Shown: positions 43,991 to 54,489 of the stretch, one piece after another
Layout: each line of letters opens with the position of its first letter
Position numbering within the stretch: the stretch's first letter is position 1
Source of the DNA: an uncultured Pseudomonadota bacterium
GTDB taxonomy: Bacteria > Babelota > Babeliae > Babelales > CAIQNR01
DNA: 64,000 nucleotides
Direction: 5' to 3'
Assembly (NCBI GenBank): GCA_964570505.1
Contig: CAZMYL010000001.1
Span: forward strand, 143,501 to 207,500
Position numbers and translations under genes: made by a program
The notes under the pieces: generated by a model
Told to the model about the DNA's origin: nothing
The model's input: the letters and a program-made list of their open reading frames with translations, nothing else
Database searches by the model: none

Positions 43991-44053
43991 TTTATTAAGT
44001 TTTAGTTTCATGATTTGGCGATTGTTTTAAGTTGCATCTATATTGAAAATATC

Positions 44054-44728
44054 ATGAAATACAGTGTTGATCCATCAATTTCTTTTGAGGTTGTTTTAAA
44101 AAAACTTAGATCGGAGACTCTTTCTATGTCTGAGCCGATCTCTTTTTTTTTAATTGAGCGCTTTGGTAGGGATCCTTATATTGTTCTTGTAAGTTGTATT
44201 TTAAGTTTAAGGACCAAGGATAAGATAACTTTAGAAGCTAGTTTGAGGCTTTTTAGTATTGCAAAAACGCCTCACGATATGGTTTTAATACCACTTCAAG
44301 TTTTGGAAAAATTAATTTATCCCGTAGGTTTTTATCGTCGCAAAGCTGAGCACATTCAAAAAATAAATAAAATTCTAATAGAAGTTTATGGCGGGCAGGT
44401 GCCAAATCTTAAAGAACTCCTCTTAAATTTGCCTGGGGTTGGCATAAAAACAGCAAATCTTGTACTTGGATTGGGTTTTAAAATTCCTGCTTTATGTGTT
44501 GATATTCATGTTCATAGAATTGCAAATAGATTAGGATTGGTTTATACCAAAAACCCTGAACAAACAGAGCAAGCTCTTATGAAAATTTTTCCTAAAGAGC
44601 ATTGGATAGAGCTTAATAGGCTTCTTGTTATGTGGGGGCAAAATATATGTACTCCTCTATCTCCTTATTGCTCAAAATGTATAATTTCTTCTTTATGTAA
44701 AAAAAATAGTGTTTTAAAACAAAGATAA
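44054..44728 (+). CDS. nth: endonuclease III (HhH-GPD DNA glycosylase with a 4Fe-4S cluster)
   Basis: HhH LPGVGIKTANLVL, a catalytic-region VDIHVHRI and a cluster loop CTPLSPYCSKCIISSLC. ATG at 44054 (the track begins at TTG 44015). Confidence 0.8.
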   Translation: MKYSVDPSISFEVVLKKLRSETLSMSEPISFFLIERFGRDPYIVLVSCILSLRTKDKITLEASLRLFSIAKTPHDMVLIPLQVLEKLIYPVGFYRRKAEHIQKINKILIEVYGGQVPNLKELLLNLPGVGIKTANLVLGLGFKIPALCVDIHVHRIANRLGLVYTKNPEQTEQALMKIFPKEHWIELNRLLVMWGQNICTPLSPYCSKCIISSLCKKNSVLKQR

Positions 44729-44782
44729 TAAGCTTAATGGGATTAATGCCAATTTTTATTTTGAGCTTATTTTCTGTGCTAA

Positions 44783-44810
44783 TTGACGATTTAGTGCTAT
44801 TTGATATACT
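44783..44810 (+). promoter_or_regulatory. strong sigma-70-type promoter candidate for the secreted-protein cluster
   Basis: TTGACG, a 16-nt spacer ending in TGA, then TATACT (extended -10 form TGATATACT), about 60 nt upstream of the 44872 start. Confidence 0.5.
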
Positions 44811-44871
44811 ATTAGTATGTTTAGAAGTTGCTTAAATAGCTGATAATAAGATTATGAGTAAAGGATTTATT

Positions 44872-45369
44872 ATGAAATTTAATCTTAGAAAAACTAAAAA
44901 AGTGATGTTCTTATGGAGTTCTTTGTTTGGAGTAAGTCTTCAGGCTCAGGTAGAAAATAAATTAACGGTGACAACAGATGTTGCTGTTGAAGTGGTGGAA
45001 AGTGTTGCTGAAGGTAATGCAGATTCAGTGACCGTCGTTGAAATTGATAAAAATGTAGTTATAGAATCAGAAGATTCTGTGATTAATGAAGAAAGCAGTT
45101 CTCTTGTATGTGCTCATTCCTTAGAAGAATTGGCAAATATAATCAATATTGGTGCGATTTCGACATTTGATCAGTTTACGATTGTTGCTAAAAACTTCCC
45201 AGAGCTTGTTGAAGCTGCAGCTGCTTTTAAAAAAGCAGGTGTTTTAACAAATGCTATGGTTCTTTTGCAATTTAAGTCATTAAAAAATCAAAAAGCAAAA
45301 GATTTTATGATGTCTTTGTTTTTGAAAATTAAAAATAAAAACAATCTGTGGACAATTATTAAAAACTAA
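44872..45369 (+). CDS. hypothetical exported protein, about 165 aa
   Basis: The ATG preceded by AAAGGA gives MKFNLRKTKKVMFLWSSLFGVSLQAQ (signal-like). An acidic V/E/S-rich segment is followed by a helical C-terminal half. The track start is 44854. Confidence 0.55.
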   Translation: MKFNLRKTKKVMFLWSSLFGVSLQAQVENKLTVTTDVAVEVVESVAEGNADSVTVVEIDKNVVIESEDSVINEESSSLVCAHSLEELANIINIGAISTFDQFTIVAKNFPELVEAAAAFKKAGVLTNAMVLLQFKSLKNQKAKDFMMSLFLKIKNKNNLWTIIKN

Positions 45370-45394
45370 TATGTATAGAAAGATGGGGTTATCT

Positions 45395-46114
45395 ATGAAA
45401 AAATTTTTATTGTTATTATGCGTTTCGCTTTGCGCAACCCGTGTTTACTGTGCTCCCACTGATGATAAATATAGTTGGCTTACAAGGCTTGGTATGTTTT
45501 TAAGAAATAGTCCTCAGCAAATTTTGACACAGTTAAAACAAGAAAATTTGTATACTGATTTATGGCTAGAAGAATTACCTGCTCCAGAAGGTATCGTATA
45601 TAGAGTATATCGTATTATTAAGGTAAGTAATGAATTGTCGATAGCTTTTCATGTAGGAAATATATTTATTGGCGATGATGGTATTAGTGTTCGTACTGAG
45701 ACTTTTGGGGGACAAGTATTAGATCATGCTCAGCAAGCCGAAGTAGATTGTGAAACAATTATAAGGTGTATTGCATGGAATCGTCCTCCGCAGCAATTTA
45801 TTGAATTTTTGAGGAAAGTTTTTTCTAAAGAATTAGATAGTAAAACAATGACAGAGATTCAAAAGCAATTGTATAATATAAAAAACCCTGAGGAGAGCAA
45901 AGGATTTGTTTTTACGCAAAACAAAAGGTGTAACTCAATTATTGATGAAGAATTAGCTCAAGCTGCTCAATGTGGGCAACGGATGATGGTTAGAGTCGCT
46001 GCAAAGGCTGCAGCTCTTTATGGATTGTATTCTTTAAGAAATGAAATTGCTACAGGTGTTAAAAATGGTACTTCATCTCTTGTGGCTGCAGTTGCAAGTG
46101 GACTAGGTAAGTAA
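45395..46114 (+). CDS. secreted/tail-anchored paralogue 1 of a three-gene tandem family
   Basis: MKKFLLLLCVSLCATRVYCA signal peptide. The C-terminus ...AALYGLYSLRNEIATGVKNGTSSLVAAVASGLGK is shared with the next two genes, and the middle is divergent. The track start is 45371. Confidence 0.7.
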   Translation: MKKFLLLLCVSLCATRVYCAPTDDKYSWLTRLGMFLRNSPQQILTQLKQENLYTDLWLEELPAPEGIVYRVYRIIKVSNELSIAFHVGNIFIGDDGISVRTETFGGQVLDHAQQAEVDCETIIRCIAWNRPPQQFIEFLRKVFSKELDSKTMTEIQKQLYNIKNPEESKGFVFTQNKRCNSIIDEELAQAAQCGQRMMVRVAAKAAALYGLYSLRNEIATGVKNGTSSLVAAVASGLGK

Positions 46115-46139
46115 TGATATATGGCTTAAGAGGTTATCT

Positions 46140-46880
46140 GTGAAGAAATTTTTATTGTTAGTATGTATTTTTGTTTGTGCAACTCGTGTTTACTGTGCTG
46201 CCACTGATGATAAATATGGTTGGTTTACAAGGCTTGGTATGTACTTAACAAAGAGTCCTCAGCGAATTGCGAAAGAGTTAAGAAAACAACGTTTGTATAC
46301 TCATTTATTGATAAAAAAATCTTCCGAAAATTCTGAATATCCAAGAAAATCTAATGGTTATCATTTATATCATTTTTTTGAAAATAGTAATGTTGGTATA
46401 TCGAAAAGAATGATAGTTGAACAATATGGTACTGTTGATGTTGAAGAATCTTCTGGGTTCTATATCGTTAACCCTAAAGAATTTCAAGAAAATTCTAGCT
46501 TAATAATATCTACTATTGCGCTGTATTATCCTCAGAAATTTATTAGTTTTTTGAGAGAAGTTTTTTCTGAAAAAGATTCTACTTTAGACGACTTCTCTAA
46601 AAGCAACAGTTGGGCTGAAATCTGTCGGAAAAAGAAAATAGATACGCTTGATTATAGTGCACAGCAACAGATTATTAGTGAAAATAATAAAAAGTGTAAC
46701 TCAATTATTGATAAAGAATTGTCTCGAGCTACTCAATGTGGAGTTGCTGCAACGGTTGGAGTTGCTGCAGCGGGTGCAGCACTTTATGGATTGTATTTTT
46801 TAAGAAATGAAATTGCTACAGGTGTTAAAAATGGTACTTCATCTCTTGTGGCTGCAGTTGCAAGTGGACTAGGTAAGTAA
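46140..46880 (+). CDS. secreted/tail-anchored paralogue 2
   Basis: GTG start 6 nt after SD AAGAGG. MKKFLLLVCIFVCATRVYCA signal peptide and a Gly/Ala-rich hydrophobic C-terminal segment. Identical to paralogue 3. Confidence 0.7.
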   Translation: MKKFLLLVCIFVCATRVYCAATDDKYGWFTRLGMYLTKSPQRIAKELRKQRLYTHLLIKKSSENSEYPRKSNGYHLYHFFENSNVGISKRMIVEQYGTVDVEESSGFYIVNPKEFQENSSLIISTIALYYPQKFISFLREVFSEKDSTLDDFSKSNSWAEICRKKKIDTLDYSAQQQIISENNKKCNSIIDKELSRATQCGVAATVGVAAAGAALYGLYFLRNEIATGVKNGTSSLVAAVASGLGK

Positions 46881-46905
46881 TGATATATGGCTTAAGAGGT
46901 TATCT

Positions 46906-47646
46906 GTGAAGAAATTTTTATTGTTAGTATGTATTTTTGTTTGTGCAACTCGTGTTTACTGTGCTGCCACTGATGATAAATATGGTTGGTTTACAAGGCT
47001 TGGTATGTACTTAACAAAGAGTCCTCAGCGAATTGCGAAAGAGTTAAGAAAACAACGTTTGTATACTCATTTATTGATAAAAAAATCTTCCGAAAATTCT
47101 GAATATCCAAGAAAATCTAATGGTTATCATTTATATCATTTTTTTGAAAATAGTAATGTTGGTATATCGAAAAGAATGATAGTTGAACAATATGGTACTG
47201 TTGATGTTGAAGAATCTTCTGGGTTCTATATCGTTAACCCTAAAGAATTTCAAGAAAATTCTAGCTTAATAATATCTACTATTGCGCTGTATTATCCTCA
47301 GAAATTTATTAGTTTTTTGAGAGAAGTTTTTTCTGAAAAAGATTCTACTTTAGACGACTTCTCTAAAAGCAACAGTTGGGCTGAAATCTGTCGGAAAAAG
47401 AAAATAGATACGCTTGATTATAGTGCACAGCAACAGATTATTAGTGAAAATAATAAAAAGTGTAACTCAATTATTGATAAAGAATTGTCTCGAGCTACTC
47501 AATGTGGAGTTGCTGCAACGGTTGGAGTTGCTGCAGCGGGTGCAGCACTTTATGGATTGTATTTTTTAAGAAATGAAATTGCTACAGGTGTTAAAAATGG
47601 TACTTCATCTCTTGTGGCTGCAGTTGCAAGTGGACTAGGTAAGTAA
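46906..47646 (+). CDS. secreted/tail-anchored paralogue 3 (identical copy of paralogue 2)
   Basis: Identical 246-aa translation and, as far as I can read, identical nucleotides at a 766-nt offset. Confidence 0.7.
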   Translation: MKKFLLLVCIFVCATRVYCAATDDKYGWFTRLGMYLTKSPQRIAKELRKQRLYTHLLIKKSSENSEYPRKSNGYHLYHFFENSNVGISKRMIVEQYGTVDVEESSGFYIVNPKEFQENSSLIISTIALYYPQKFISFLREVFSEKDSTLDDFSKSNSWAEICRKKKIDTLDYSAQQQIISENNKKCNSIIDKELSRATQCGVAATVGVAAAGAALYGLYFLRNEIATGVKNGTSSLVAAVASGLGK

Positions 47647-47833
47647 TGATATATGGCTTAAATGCCTTTTTTTGTAAAATATTTTTAAAGTGAGTTTTTT
47701 TGCATTGTGATTTTTGACATTGTAAGAAGCTCGCTTTTTGATTAATTGCCGATTTTTGCCATTTCTATATACTCTTTCTGAGGTTATATACATAAAAAAT
47801 TATTAAGATGTTTGAGTAAGGGTGATAAGGGAT

Positions 47834-49684
47834 ATGAAAACAGAATATTCATATGACGTTATTGTAGTTGGAGCGGGGCATGCAGGCGTAGAAGCTGCTT
47901 ATGCTGCTGCGCGTCGAGGTTCAAGGACTGTTCTTATTACTCTTGAAAAAGATAAAATTGGATATATGCCTTGCAATCCTGCAGTTGGGGGTATTGGCAA
48001 AGGGCATATTGTTTTTGAAATTAGTGCGCTTGGCGGTCTTATGCCAAAATTATGCACAAGAACTTATTTGCAGGTCCGTATGCTCAATACAAGTAAAGGT
48101 CCTGCTGTGCATGGGCTTCGTCTTCAAATTGACAAAAATGCGTATAGTAAAGCTGCTCAGGAAGAGCTTTTTGCTACAGAAAATCTTACTATTATTGAAG
48201 GCATGGTGGAAGATGTTCTTGTTAATGAAAAATCCCAAGTTGTTGGTGTCAAGTTGGCTCATGATACAATTATTACAGCTCCATGTGTAGTTCTTACAAC
48301 AGGAACATTTTTAAATGGATTAGTTCATGTTGGATTGCATAATTATGCTTCAGGAAGAGAAGATGAAGAACCAGCTGTTAATTTATCACATTCTCTTAGA
48401 AAATTAGGATTAGTGCTTGGTAGGTTAAAAACTGGAACACCTCCTCGGTTACTTGCATCAAGTATTGATTTTAGTCGTCTTGAAAAACAGCAATCAGATA
48501 ATTTAGATTATCTTTTTGAATTTTATCCTCATACTACAACTACAAAAAGAGATTGTTATATTACGCATACTAATGAAAAAGTTCATCAAATTATAAAAGA
48601 CAATGCGCATCTTTCTCCTATTTTACGAAAAGAAATAACAGGTACAGGTCCTCGTTATTGCCCATCTATTGAAGATAAAATAACTCGATTTCCTCATAAG
48701 GCAGCGCACCAAATTTTTGTAGAACCAGAAAGTCTTTCAACTGAATGGATTTATCCTAATGGTCTTTCAACTTCATTGCCGCTTGAAGTTCAAAAACAGT
48801 ATATTAATGCAATTAAAGGATTTGAAAACGCTATTATTGTTCGAGCTGGTTACGCTATTGAATACGATATGGTGCTTCCAAATCAATTAAAAACAACATT
48901 AGAAGCTAAGAATATAGAAGGACTTTTTTTGGCTGGTCAAATAAATGGTACAACAGGCTATGAAGAAGCCGCTGGTCAAGGTATTATTGCGGGAATTAAT
49001 GCTTCTTTAAAGGCAGATAAAAAGCCTCCCTTTGTATTAAGTAGAAGTGAAAGTTATATAGGTATTATGATTGATGATTTAACAACATTAAGCATAGACG
49101 AGCCGTATAGAATGTTTACTTCAAGAGCAGAACATAGATTGTTGTTGCGTCAAGATAATTCATTTTTAAGATTAACGGAAAAAGCGTATCAAGTAGGTCT
49201 TATTGATGAAGTTTTATATAAAGATTTTAAGCAAGAACAAGATATTATTATAAGTACCATTAAAGAACTTCGTTCTGGAAATAATACAACAGATTTATTA
49301 CGTCTTTTTGGTGATAATACAGGTGCATGTAAAGCAGTTGCAGAAACAACAGGTAAGATATTAGGGGAAAGGCCTGCTCAAACGGTACAAGCAGAAATAA
49401 AATATGCTCCTTACATAGAGCGAGAAAGCTTAGAAGTAGAGCGACTTAAAAAACATCAAGCTATGAAAATTCCTGATAATTTTGAATTCATGGGAATGGA
49501 AGGATTGTCTACAGAATTACAGCAAAAATTAACAAAAATAAAACCAGCAACAATTGCTCAGGCAGGTCTTATTCCGGGAATGACGCCGGCAGCTCTTTCG
49601 CTGCTTATGTTAAAAATAAATATTTATAATAGACCTAAAAGCGTTTATATACCCTATAGTAAATCTGAAGCAAAGGAAGATTGA
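47834..49684 (+). CDS. mnmG: tRNA uridine 5-carboxymethylaminomethyl modification enzyme MnmG (GidA)
   Basis: FAD motif YDVIVVGAGHAGVEAA, GQINGTTGYEEAA and full-length GidA architecture. A TTGCCG-16-TATACT promoter candidate lies at 47746-47773. Confidence 0.9.
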   Translation: MKTEYSYDVIVVGAGHAGVEAAYAAARRGSRTVLITLEKDKIGYMPCNPAVGGIGKGHIVFEISALGGLMPKLCTRTYLQVRMLNTSKGPAVHGLRLQIDKNAYSKAAQEELFATENLTIIEGMVEDVLVNEKSQVVGVKLAHDTIITAPCVVLTTGTFLNGLVHVGLHNYASGREDEEPAVNLSHSLRKLGLVLGRLKTGTPPRLLASSIDFSRLEKQQSDNLDYLFEFYPHTTTTKRDCYITHTNEKVHQIIKDNAHLSPILRKEITGTGPRYCPSIEDKITRFPHKAAHQIFVEPESLSTEWIYPNGLSTSLPLEVQKQYINAIKGFENAIIVRAGYAIEYDMVLPNQLKTTLEAKNIEGLFLAGQINGTTGYEEAAGQGIIAGINASLKADKKPPFVLSRSESYIGIMIDDLTTLSIDEPYRMFTSRAEHRLLLRQDNSFLRLTEKAYQVGLIDEVLYKDFKQEQDIIISTIKELRSGNNTTDLLRLFGDNTGACKAVAETTGKILGERPAQTVQAEIKYAPYIERESLEVERLKKHQAMKIPDNFEFMGMEGLSTELQQKLTKIKPATIAQAGLIPGMTPAALSLLMLKINIYNRPKSVYIPYSKSEAKED

Positions 49685-50463
49685 TGATTCCTGTTTTGTT
49701 CCATATTTGGGGTCCTTTATCTATTCATACTTATGGCTTTATGATAGCCATTGCGGCTTCTGCAACACTTTATTTAATGCAAAAAGATATGAAATTAATG
49801 AAAGTTATTCATCATAAAAATATTTTTGATATTGCAAGTATCATTATTTTTGCGGCTATAATTGGTGGTCGTTTATTACATATTTTTGAATATCCAGAAA
49901 CTATTCATTCTTTTTTTGATTGCATTGATTTAACAAGCGCAGGATTTTCTTTGCTTGGAAGTATTATTGCAGGTACGGGGTCATTAATATTGTATGGTTA
50001 TATTCAAAAAATAAATATTATAAATATGCTCGATAGATTTAGTATCTATATGCCTTTGCTTTATGCAATTTCACGAATAGGATGTTTTTTTGCAGGATGT
50101 TGTTATGGCGTTGAGACTACATATTTTTGGTCAATTGTGTATACGAATCACAATGTTTTTGCGCCTTGTTTTATTCATTTACATCCAACTCAATTATATA
50201 GCGCTTTTTTGGGTTTTTTAATTTTTTTAATTATGTATTTTTTGGTTGATTTAGTTTTTAAAAAACCAGGGCAACTTGTTGGAAGTTATTTTTTATTAAT
50301 TGGAGTAGAGCGTTTTTTTGTTGATTTTTTTCGTGCAGAACGCGTTATGGTTAATGAATTCTTTTCGACATCTCAAATCATTTCGATATTATTTATGATA
50401 ATTGGGTTATCAATTTTTGGTGTAGTAACAATCTTTCCAAAGAAAAACAATGAATGTTTTTAA
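49684..50463 (+). CDS. lgt: prolipoprotein diacylglyceryl transferase
   Basis: GPLSIHTYGFMIAIA, RIGCFFAGCCYG and seven TM helices. The ATG overlaps the mnmG stop (TGATG). Confidence 0.85.
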   Translation: MIPVLFHIWGPLSIHTYGFMIAIAASATLYLMQKDMKLMKVIHHKNIFDIASIIIFAAIIGGRLLHIFEYPETIHSFFDCIDLTSAGFSLLGSIIAGTGSLILYGYIQKINIINMLDRFSIYMPLLYAISRIGCFFAGCCYGVETTYFWSIVYTNHNVFAPCFIHLHPTQLYSAFLGFLIFLIMYFLVDLVFKKPGQLVGSYFLLIGVERFFVDFFRAERVMVNEFFSTSQIISILFMIIGLSIFGVVTIFPKKNNECF

Positions 50464-52186
50464 TATTGTAAAAAGTAAAGTTCAAATTCTTGATATTATT
50501 GGTCAGCATGTTGTTTTAAAAAAAGCTGGGCATTATTGGAAAGGATCCTGTCCTTTTCATAGCGAAAAAACAGCATCGTTTAGTGTAAGTCCTCATAGAG
50601 AAATTTTTTATTGTTTTGGTTGTCAAGAAACAGGCGATGTTATTGCATTTATTAGTAAAATTGAACATTGTTCTCAAATAGAAGCTGTAAAATTTCTTGC
50701 AGAACGTTATGCAATTGAACTTCCAGATAATTTTTCAACAGAGACAGCAGAAAGCTTTGATGAAAAAAAACGTTATTTTTCATTATGTTCGCTTGTAGCC
50801 ACATGGTGTTATGAACGTTTGTTAGAAAATCCTCAGGTTATGGAATATGTTTTGCAGCGAGGTATTAATCATGATGAAATTAATATTTTTAAAATAGGTT
50901 ATTTTCCTTCTGGAACGCAATTTTTAAAGCATTTATTACAAGAATTGCGAAAAGAAAATTTTTTATTAAAGGATCTTATTGATGCTGGGATAGCAGGAGA
51001 AGGCAAAGCTATTTATTCATCATTTGAACAACGAATTATATTTCCTATACGCGATCATTTAGGACGTTATTGTGGATTTGGAGGTCGAATTTTTAAACCA
51101 TCTGATGAGCGGTCAAAGTATTATAATTCTCCTGAAAATAATTATTTTCAAAAAGGCTCTATTCTTTTTGGGCTAGATATTGCAAAACGAGATATTCAAA
51201 CAAAAGGAACAGTTTTTTTGGTGGAAGGTTATACTGATTGTATTGCAATGCATCAGCATGGGTATAAAAACACAGTAGCCACACTTGGAACGGCTTGTAC
51301 TGTTGAGCATCTTAAATTACTTTCACATCATGCGCATACTGTTTTGACTTTATATGATGGTGATAGTGCAGGTAGAAAAGCGATGCTAAGATTGGTTGAG
51401 CTTTGTTGGCAGGTTAATTTAGAATTAAAAGTCATTGTTTTGCCTAAAGATTCTGATCCTGCTTCTTTTTTAAAAACTGGTCAGTCATTAGAATTATTAA
51501 TTGCTCAGGCTCAGGATTTATTTGATTTTTTCTTAAGTGATTTGGGTAAAGATTATAAAAATGCACCTTTACAACAGAAGCTTATTTTAGCTAGAAATTT
51601 TTTAACTATTATAAAAAAACTGAATGATCCATTAAAGGAAAATATTTTACTTCAAAAAGCCTCTGAAATTTTTGGCATTCCTTTACATTCATTACAACAA
51701 GAGCTTAAGCAATCTTATAAAAAAGAAGCTTTGCCTGTATCATCAATTCCTGTTGTAGAGCATTATGAAATTTCTAACTTAGAAAAAAAATTTATATGTG
51801 CTATATTGTCTGATACGCAATTATTAAAAAAACACTCAGTAGTAAGAATTTTAAATTATTTGCCAGACGAGCTTAAAGTTTTGATAGAAAAGTTGATTAT
51901 TGCTCAAAATGAATCAGAGTCAGAAGTTTATTCAACCTTTTTTGAGACTCTTGATGAGCGTCAAAAAATATTGGTAAATCAAATGTTGATGACTGAATCT
52001 GAGATACAAGATGATTTTGAAAATATAGAAATGTTGTTGGAAAAAAAGTATTGGAAAATGATTGTTAATGATACAAAAGCACAGCTTAATGAAGCGCAAT
52101 TGCAAAATAACTTGCAAGCAGTGCAAGCAATTATTGGCTCTTTTTTGGATCTGAAAAAAAAATTATTACATAAGGGGCTTATATAA
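50450..52186 (+). CDS. dnaG: DNA primase
   Basis: Zn finger [15 protein letters not shown]...FYCFGC and a TOPRIM domain ([16 protein letters not shown]...[11 protein letters not shown]). Overlaps lgt by 14 nt. Confidence 0.9.
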   Translation: MNVFNIVKSKVQILDIIGQHVVLKKAGHYWKGSCPFHSEKTASFSVSPHREIFYCFGCQETGDVIAFISKIEHCSQIEAVKFLAERYAIELPDNFSTETAESFDEKKRYFSLCSLVATWCYERLLENPQVMEYVLQRGINHDEINIFKIGYFPSGTQFLKHLLQELRKENFLLKDLIDAGIAGEGKAIYSSFEQRIIFPIRDHLGRYCGFGGRIFKPSDERSKYYNSPENNYFQKGSILFGLDIAKRDIQTKGTVFLVEGYTDCIAMHQHGYKNTVATLGTACTVEHLKLLSHHAHTVLTLYDGDSAGRKAMLRLVELCWQVNLELKVIVLPKDSDPASFLKTGQSLELLIAQAQDLFDFFLSDLGKDYKNAPLQQKLILARNFLTIIKKLNDPLKENILLQKASEIFGIPLHSLQQELKQSYKKEALPVSSIPVVEHYEISNLEKKFICAILSDTQLLKKHSVVRILNYLPDELKVLIEKLIIAQNESESEVYSTFFETLDERQKILVNQMLMTESEIQDDFENIEMLLEKKYWKMIVNDTKAQLNEAQLQNNLQAVQAIIGSFLDLKKKLLHKGLI

Positions 52187-54465
52187 TGGTTATTAAAAGC
52201 ATAATTAATAAAATTTTGGGAATTTCAAAAAAGAGTAATTCTAAAAAAGCAACAAAAAAAATAAAACAAATTAAAAAAATTAGTTCTAAAAAAAGTTCTT
52301 TAAAAACAAAAAAAATTGTTGTTAGAAAAAATAAAAAAACAGTTGATAAAACTGTAAAAAAAGTAACAGTTAAAAAAAATGTTGAGTTGAAAAGCTCTCA
52401 AAAAAAGGCAGGGTCTTTAAAGAAAAATATTTCAAAGCCTTCTGTTAAAGCGCCATCTCGTGTAGTAAAGACTACATTAGATGTTAAAAATTCTTTGATT
52501 AAAAATGAAGTAACTAAAACATCTCTTCAAGCAAAGCCAACAGCTTCTATTAAAAAAACAGTAAAATCAGTCACTTCTAAAAAAGTAGCGACTAAGGCAA
52601 AAGTAGCAGCGCCTGTAGTTTCTGTTAAAAAAGAATTAGATCTTAAAAAAGATTTGATGGATGCAATCTTAGAAAAAGGTAAAGAAACAGGTGTTTTAAC
52701 TTATGAAGAAATAATGGTTCTTCATGATAAAGCTCATCTTACCGAAAAAGAAGCTAATGATTTTATGAAGGTTCTTGAAAAAGAGCATATAGAATTAATT
52801 ATGGAAGAGGAGCTGTTAGCGCAAGATGCACTGGATGATCATAGTAAAGATGAAATTGGATCTCACGCGGAATTGAAGGATAAATTTGTTTCGAGTCTTT
52901 CTGTTGATGAAGACGGTGGTGATGAAGAAGATACAGATTCAGAAGATGACGAAGAAGAGATTGTTGAAAGAGCAGAAGTTTCTCATATTGCCGATGGTGT
53001 TAAATGTTATTTAAGAGATATTGGTAAAATTCCATTACTTAATAAAACAACAGAAAAAGTTATTTCAGATAAGATAGCAACAAGTAAAAATTCTTGTATT
53101 GAGGCTATTTCTCATTTTCCTTTTGTTTATAAAGAATTTTTATCTATTGGAGAGAAACTTCATAAAAATCCAATGATTCTTAAAGATGTGATTCAATTTG
53201 CTGAATATGATGAAGAAAATTTACCTAAAATTGGCGAAGAGCGTGATGCATTTTTAAAAACAATAACAGCACTTGAAGATTTAATTAAAAATGAAGAGCG
53301 CATTTATGCTTCGTATCGGAATCAATTAACATCTCAAGAAAAAAAACAAGAGATGTTAAGAAAAGTAAAAGAGAATAAAGAGGCAATTAGTGAAACTGTT
53401 CAGTCAATTAGAATAGCTAATAAATTTATTAGAAAAATTGGTAAAAAAATTGAAAAGCTTCTTTTGAAAATTCAAGAAAAACAGCAAATTATTCGTGATG
53501 GTCAAAAAACAATTGATTTTATAAAAAAAGGAAAAGACATTTCTTCGGATAATAAAATTTTGCTTGAAGAAACAGAAGTAGAAATAAGAATGGCTACTAA
53601 GTCTATTAAAAAAACGGAAAGTGAAGCAGGTCTTCCTCTTGATGTTATCACTAAGTACTACCGTCAGCTTGTAAAGAGCCAAAAAGATGACAAACATGCT
53701 AAAGATGAACTTGCTAAAGCAAATTTACGTTTGGTAGTGAATATTGCAAAGAAGTATGTTAATAGAGGTCTTCATTTCTTAGATCTTATTCAAGAAGGTA
53801 ATATTGGTCTTATGAAGGCTGTAGAAAAATTTGAATTTGAACGTGGATATAAATTTTCTACTTATGCAACATGGTGGATTAGACAGGCAATTACACGTGC
53901 AATAGCAGATCAGTCAAGAACTATTCGTGTTCCTGTTCATATGGTAGAAACACTTAATAAAATTAATAAAATTAAACGTCTTTTTATTCAGCAACATGGG
54001 CAAGAGCCTTCATATGCAGATTTAGCAAAAGAACTGAATCTTGATGAAAAGAAAGTTAAAAATATTATTAAAATTTCAAAAGAGCCTATTTCGCTTGAAA
54101 CACCAGTTGGCGATAGTGAAGATGCGTTTATTAAAGATTTCATAGAAAATGACAAAGATTTTTCTCCTGCTGAAACAGTAGCAAATTCTGATTTAAAAGA
54201 GCGTGTACGCGAAGTTCTTAAAACACTTGCTCCACGAGAAGAAAAAGTTCTTAAAATGAGATTTGGTATTGATGTTGCATCTGAACATACTTTGGAAGAA
54301 GTAGGAAAAGATTTTTCTGTGACTAGAGAACGTATACGACAAATTGAGGTAAAAGCATTGCGTAAATTACGTCATCCTTCTAGAAGTAAAAAATTACAAT
54401 CGTTTTTTGATAAAGAAATAAATGTGGATGAAAATGATGATATTACTAGTGAATCATTTGAATAA
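52186..54465 (+). CDS. rpoD: primary RNA polymerase sigma factor RpoD with a long Lys-rich N-terminal extension
   Basis: Region 2 reads [44 protein letters not shown]. Region 4.2 reads [29 protein letters not shown]. The start overlaps the dnaG stop (TAATG). Confidence 0.9.
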   Translation: MVIKSIINKILGISKKSNSKKATKKIKQIKKISSKKSSLKTKKIVVRKNKKTVDKTVKKVTVKKNVELKSSQKKAGSLKKNISKPSVKAPSRVVKTTLDVKNSLIKNEVTKTSLQAKPTASIKKTVKSVTSKKVATKAKVAAPVVSVKKELDLKKDLMDAILEKGKETGVLTYEEIMVLHDKAHLTEKEANDFMKVLEKEHIELIMEEELLAQDALDDHSKDEIGSHAELKDKFVSSLSVDEDGGDEEDTDSEDDEEEIVERAEVSHIADGVKCYLRDIGKIPLLNKTTEKVISDKIATSKNSCIEAISHFPFVYKEFLSIGEKLHKNPMILKDVIQFAEYDEENLPKIGEERDAFLKTITALEDLIKNEERIYASYRNQLTSQEKKQEMLRKVKENKEAISETVQSIRIANKFIRKIGKKIEKLLLKIQEKQQIIRDGQKTIDFIKKGKDISSDNKILLEETEVEIRMATKSIKKTESEAGLPLDVITKYYRQLVKSQKDDKHAKDELAKANLRLVVNIAKKYVNRGLHFLDLIQEGNIGLMKAVEKFEFERGYKFSTYATWWIRQAITRAIADQSRTIRVPVHMVETLNKINKIKRLFIQQHGQEPSYADLAKELNLDEKKVKNIIKISKEPISLETPVGDSEDAFIKDFIENDKDFSPAETVANSDLKERVREVLKTLAPREEKVLKMRFGIDVASEHTLEEVGKDFSVTRERIRQIEVKALRKLRHPSRSKKLQSFFDKEINVDENDDITSESFE

Positions 54466-54489
54466 TTTGACGAAAGGCCTAAGGGGTAT

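Larger units (their letters stand above)
46033..47661 (+). repeat. perfect tandem direct repeat, period 766 bp, about 2.1 copies
   Basis: 46033-46798 equals 46799-47564, and the repeat continues through 47661. The first mismatch on the left is at 46032 (C vs T) and on the right at 47662 (A vs G). Confidence 0.85.

Noticed and set aside
46033-47661. Regular large repeats, considered as a CRISPR-like or satellite array.
   Set aside because: The period is 766 bp and each unit is a complete protein-coding gene with an SD. There is no short repeat-spacer structure anywhere in the window.
47901-48290. 129-aa alternative-frame ORF inside mnmG. Similar shadow ORFs lie inside mrdA (38672..39028, 39191..39385), dsbD (26624..27139), the MATE gene, der, gatA, dnaG, rpoD and murE.
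   Set aside because: All are embedded in genes with strong family signatures, lack ribosome-binding sites and have implausible compositions.
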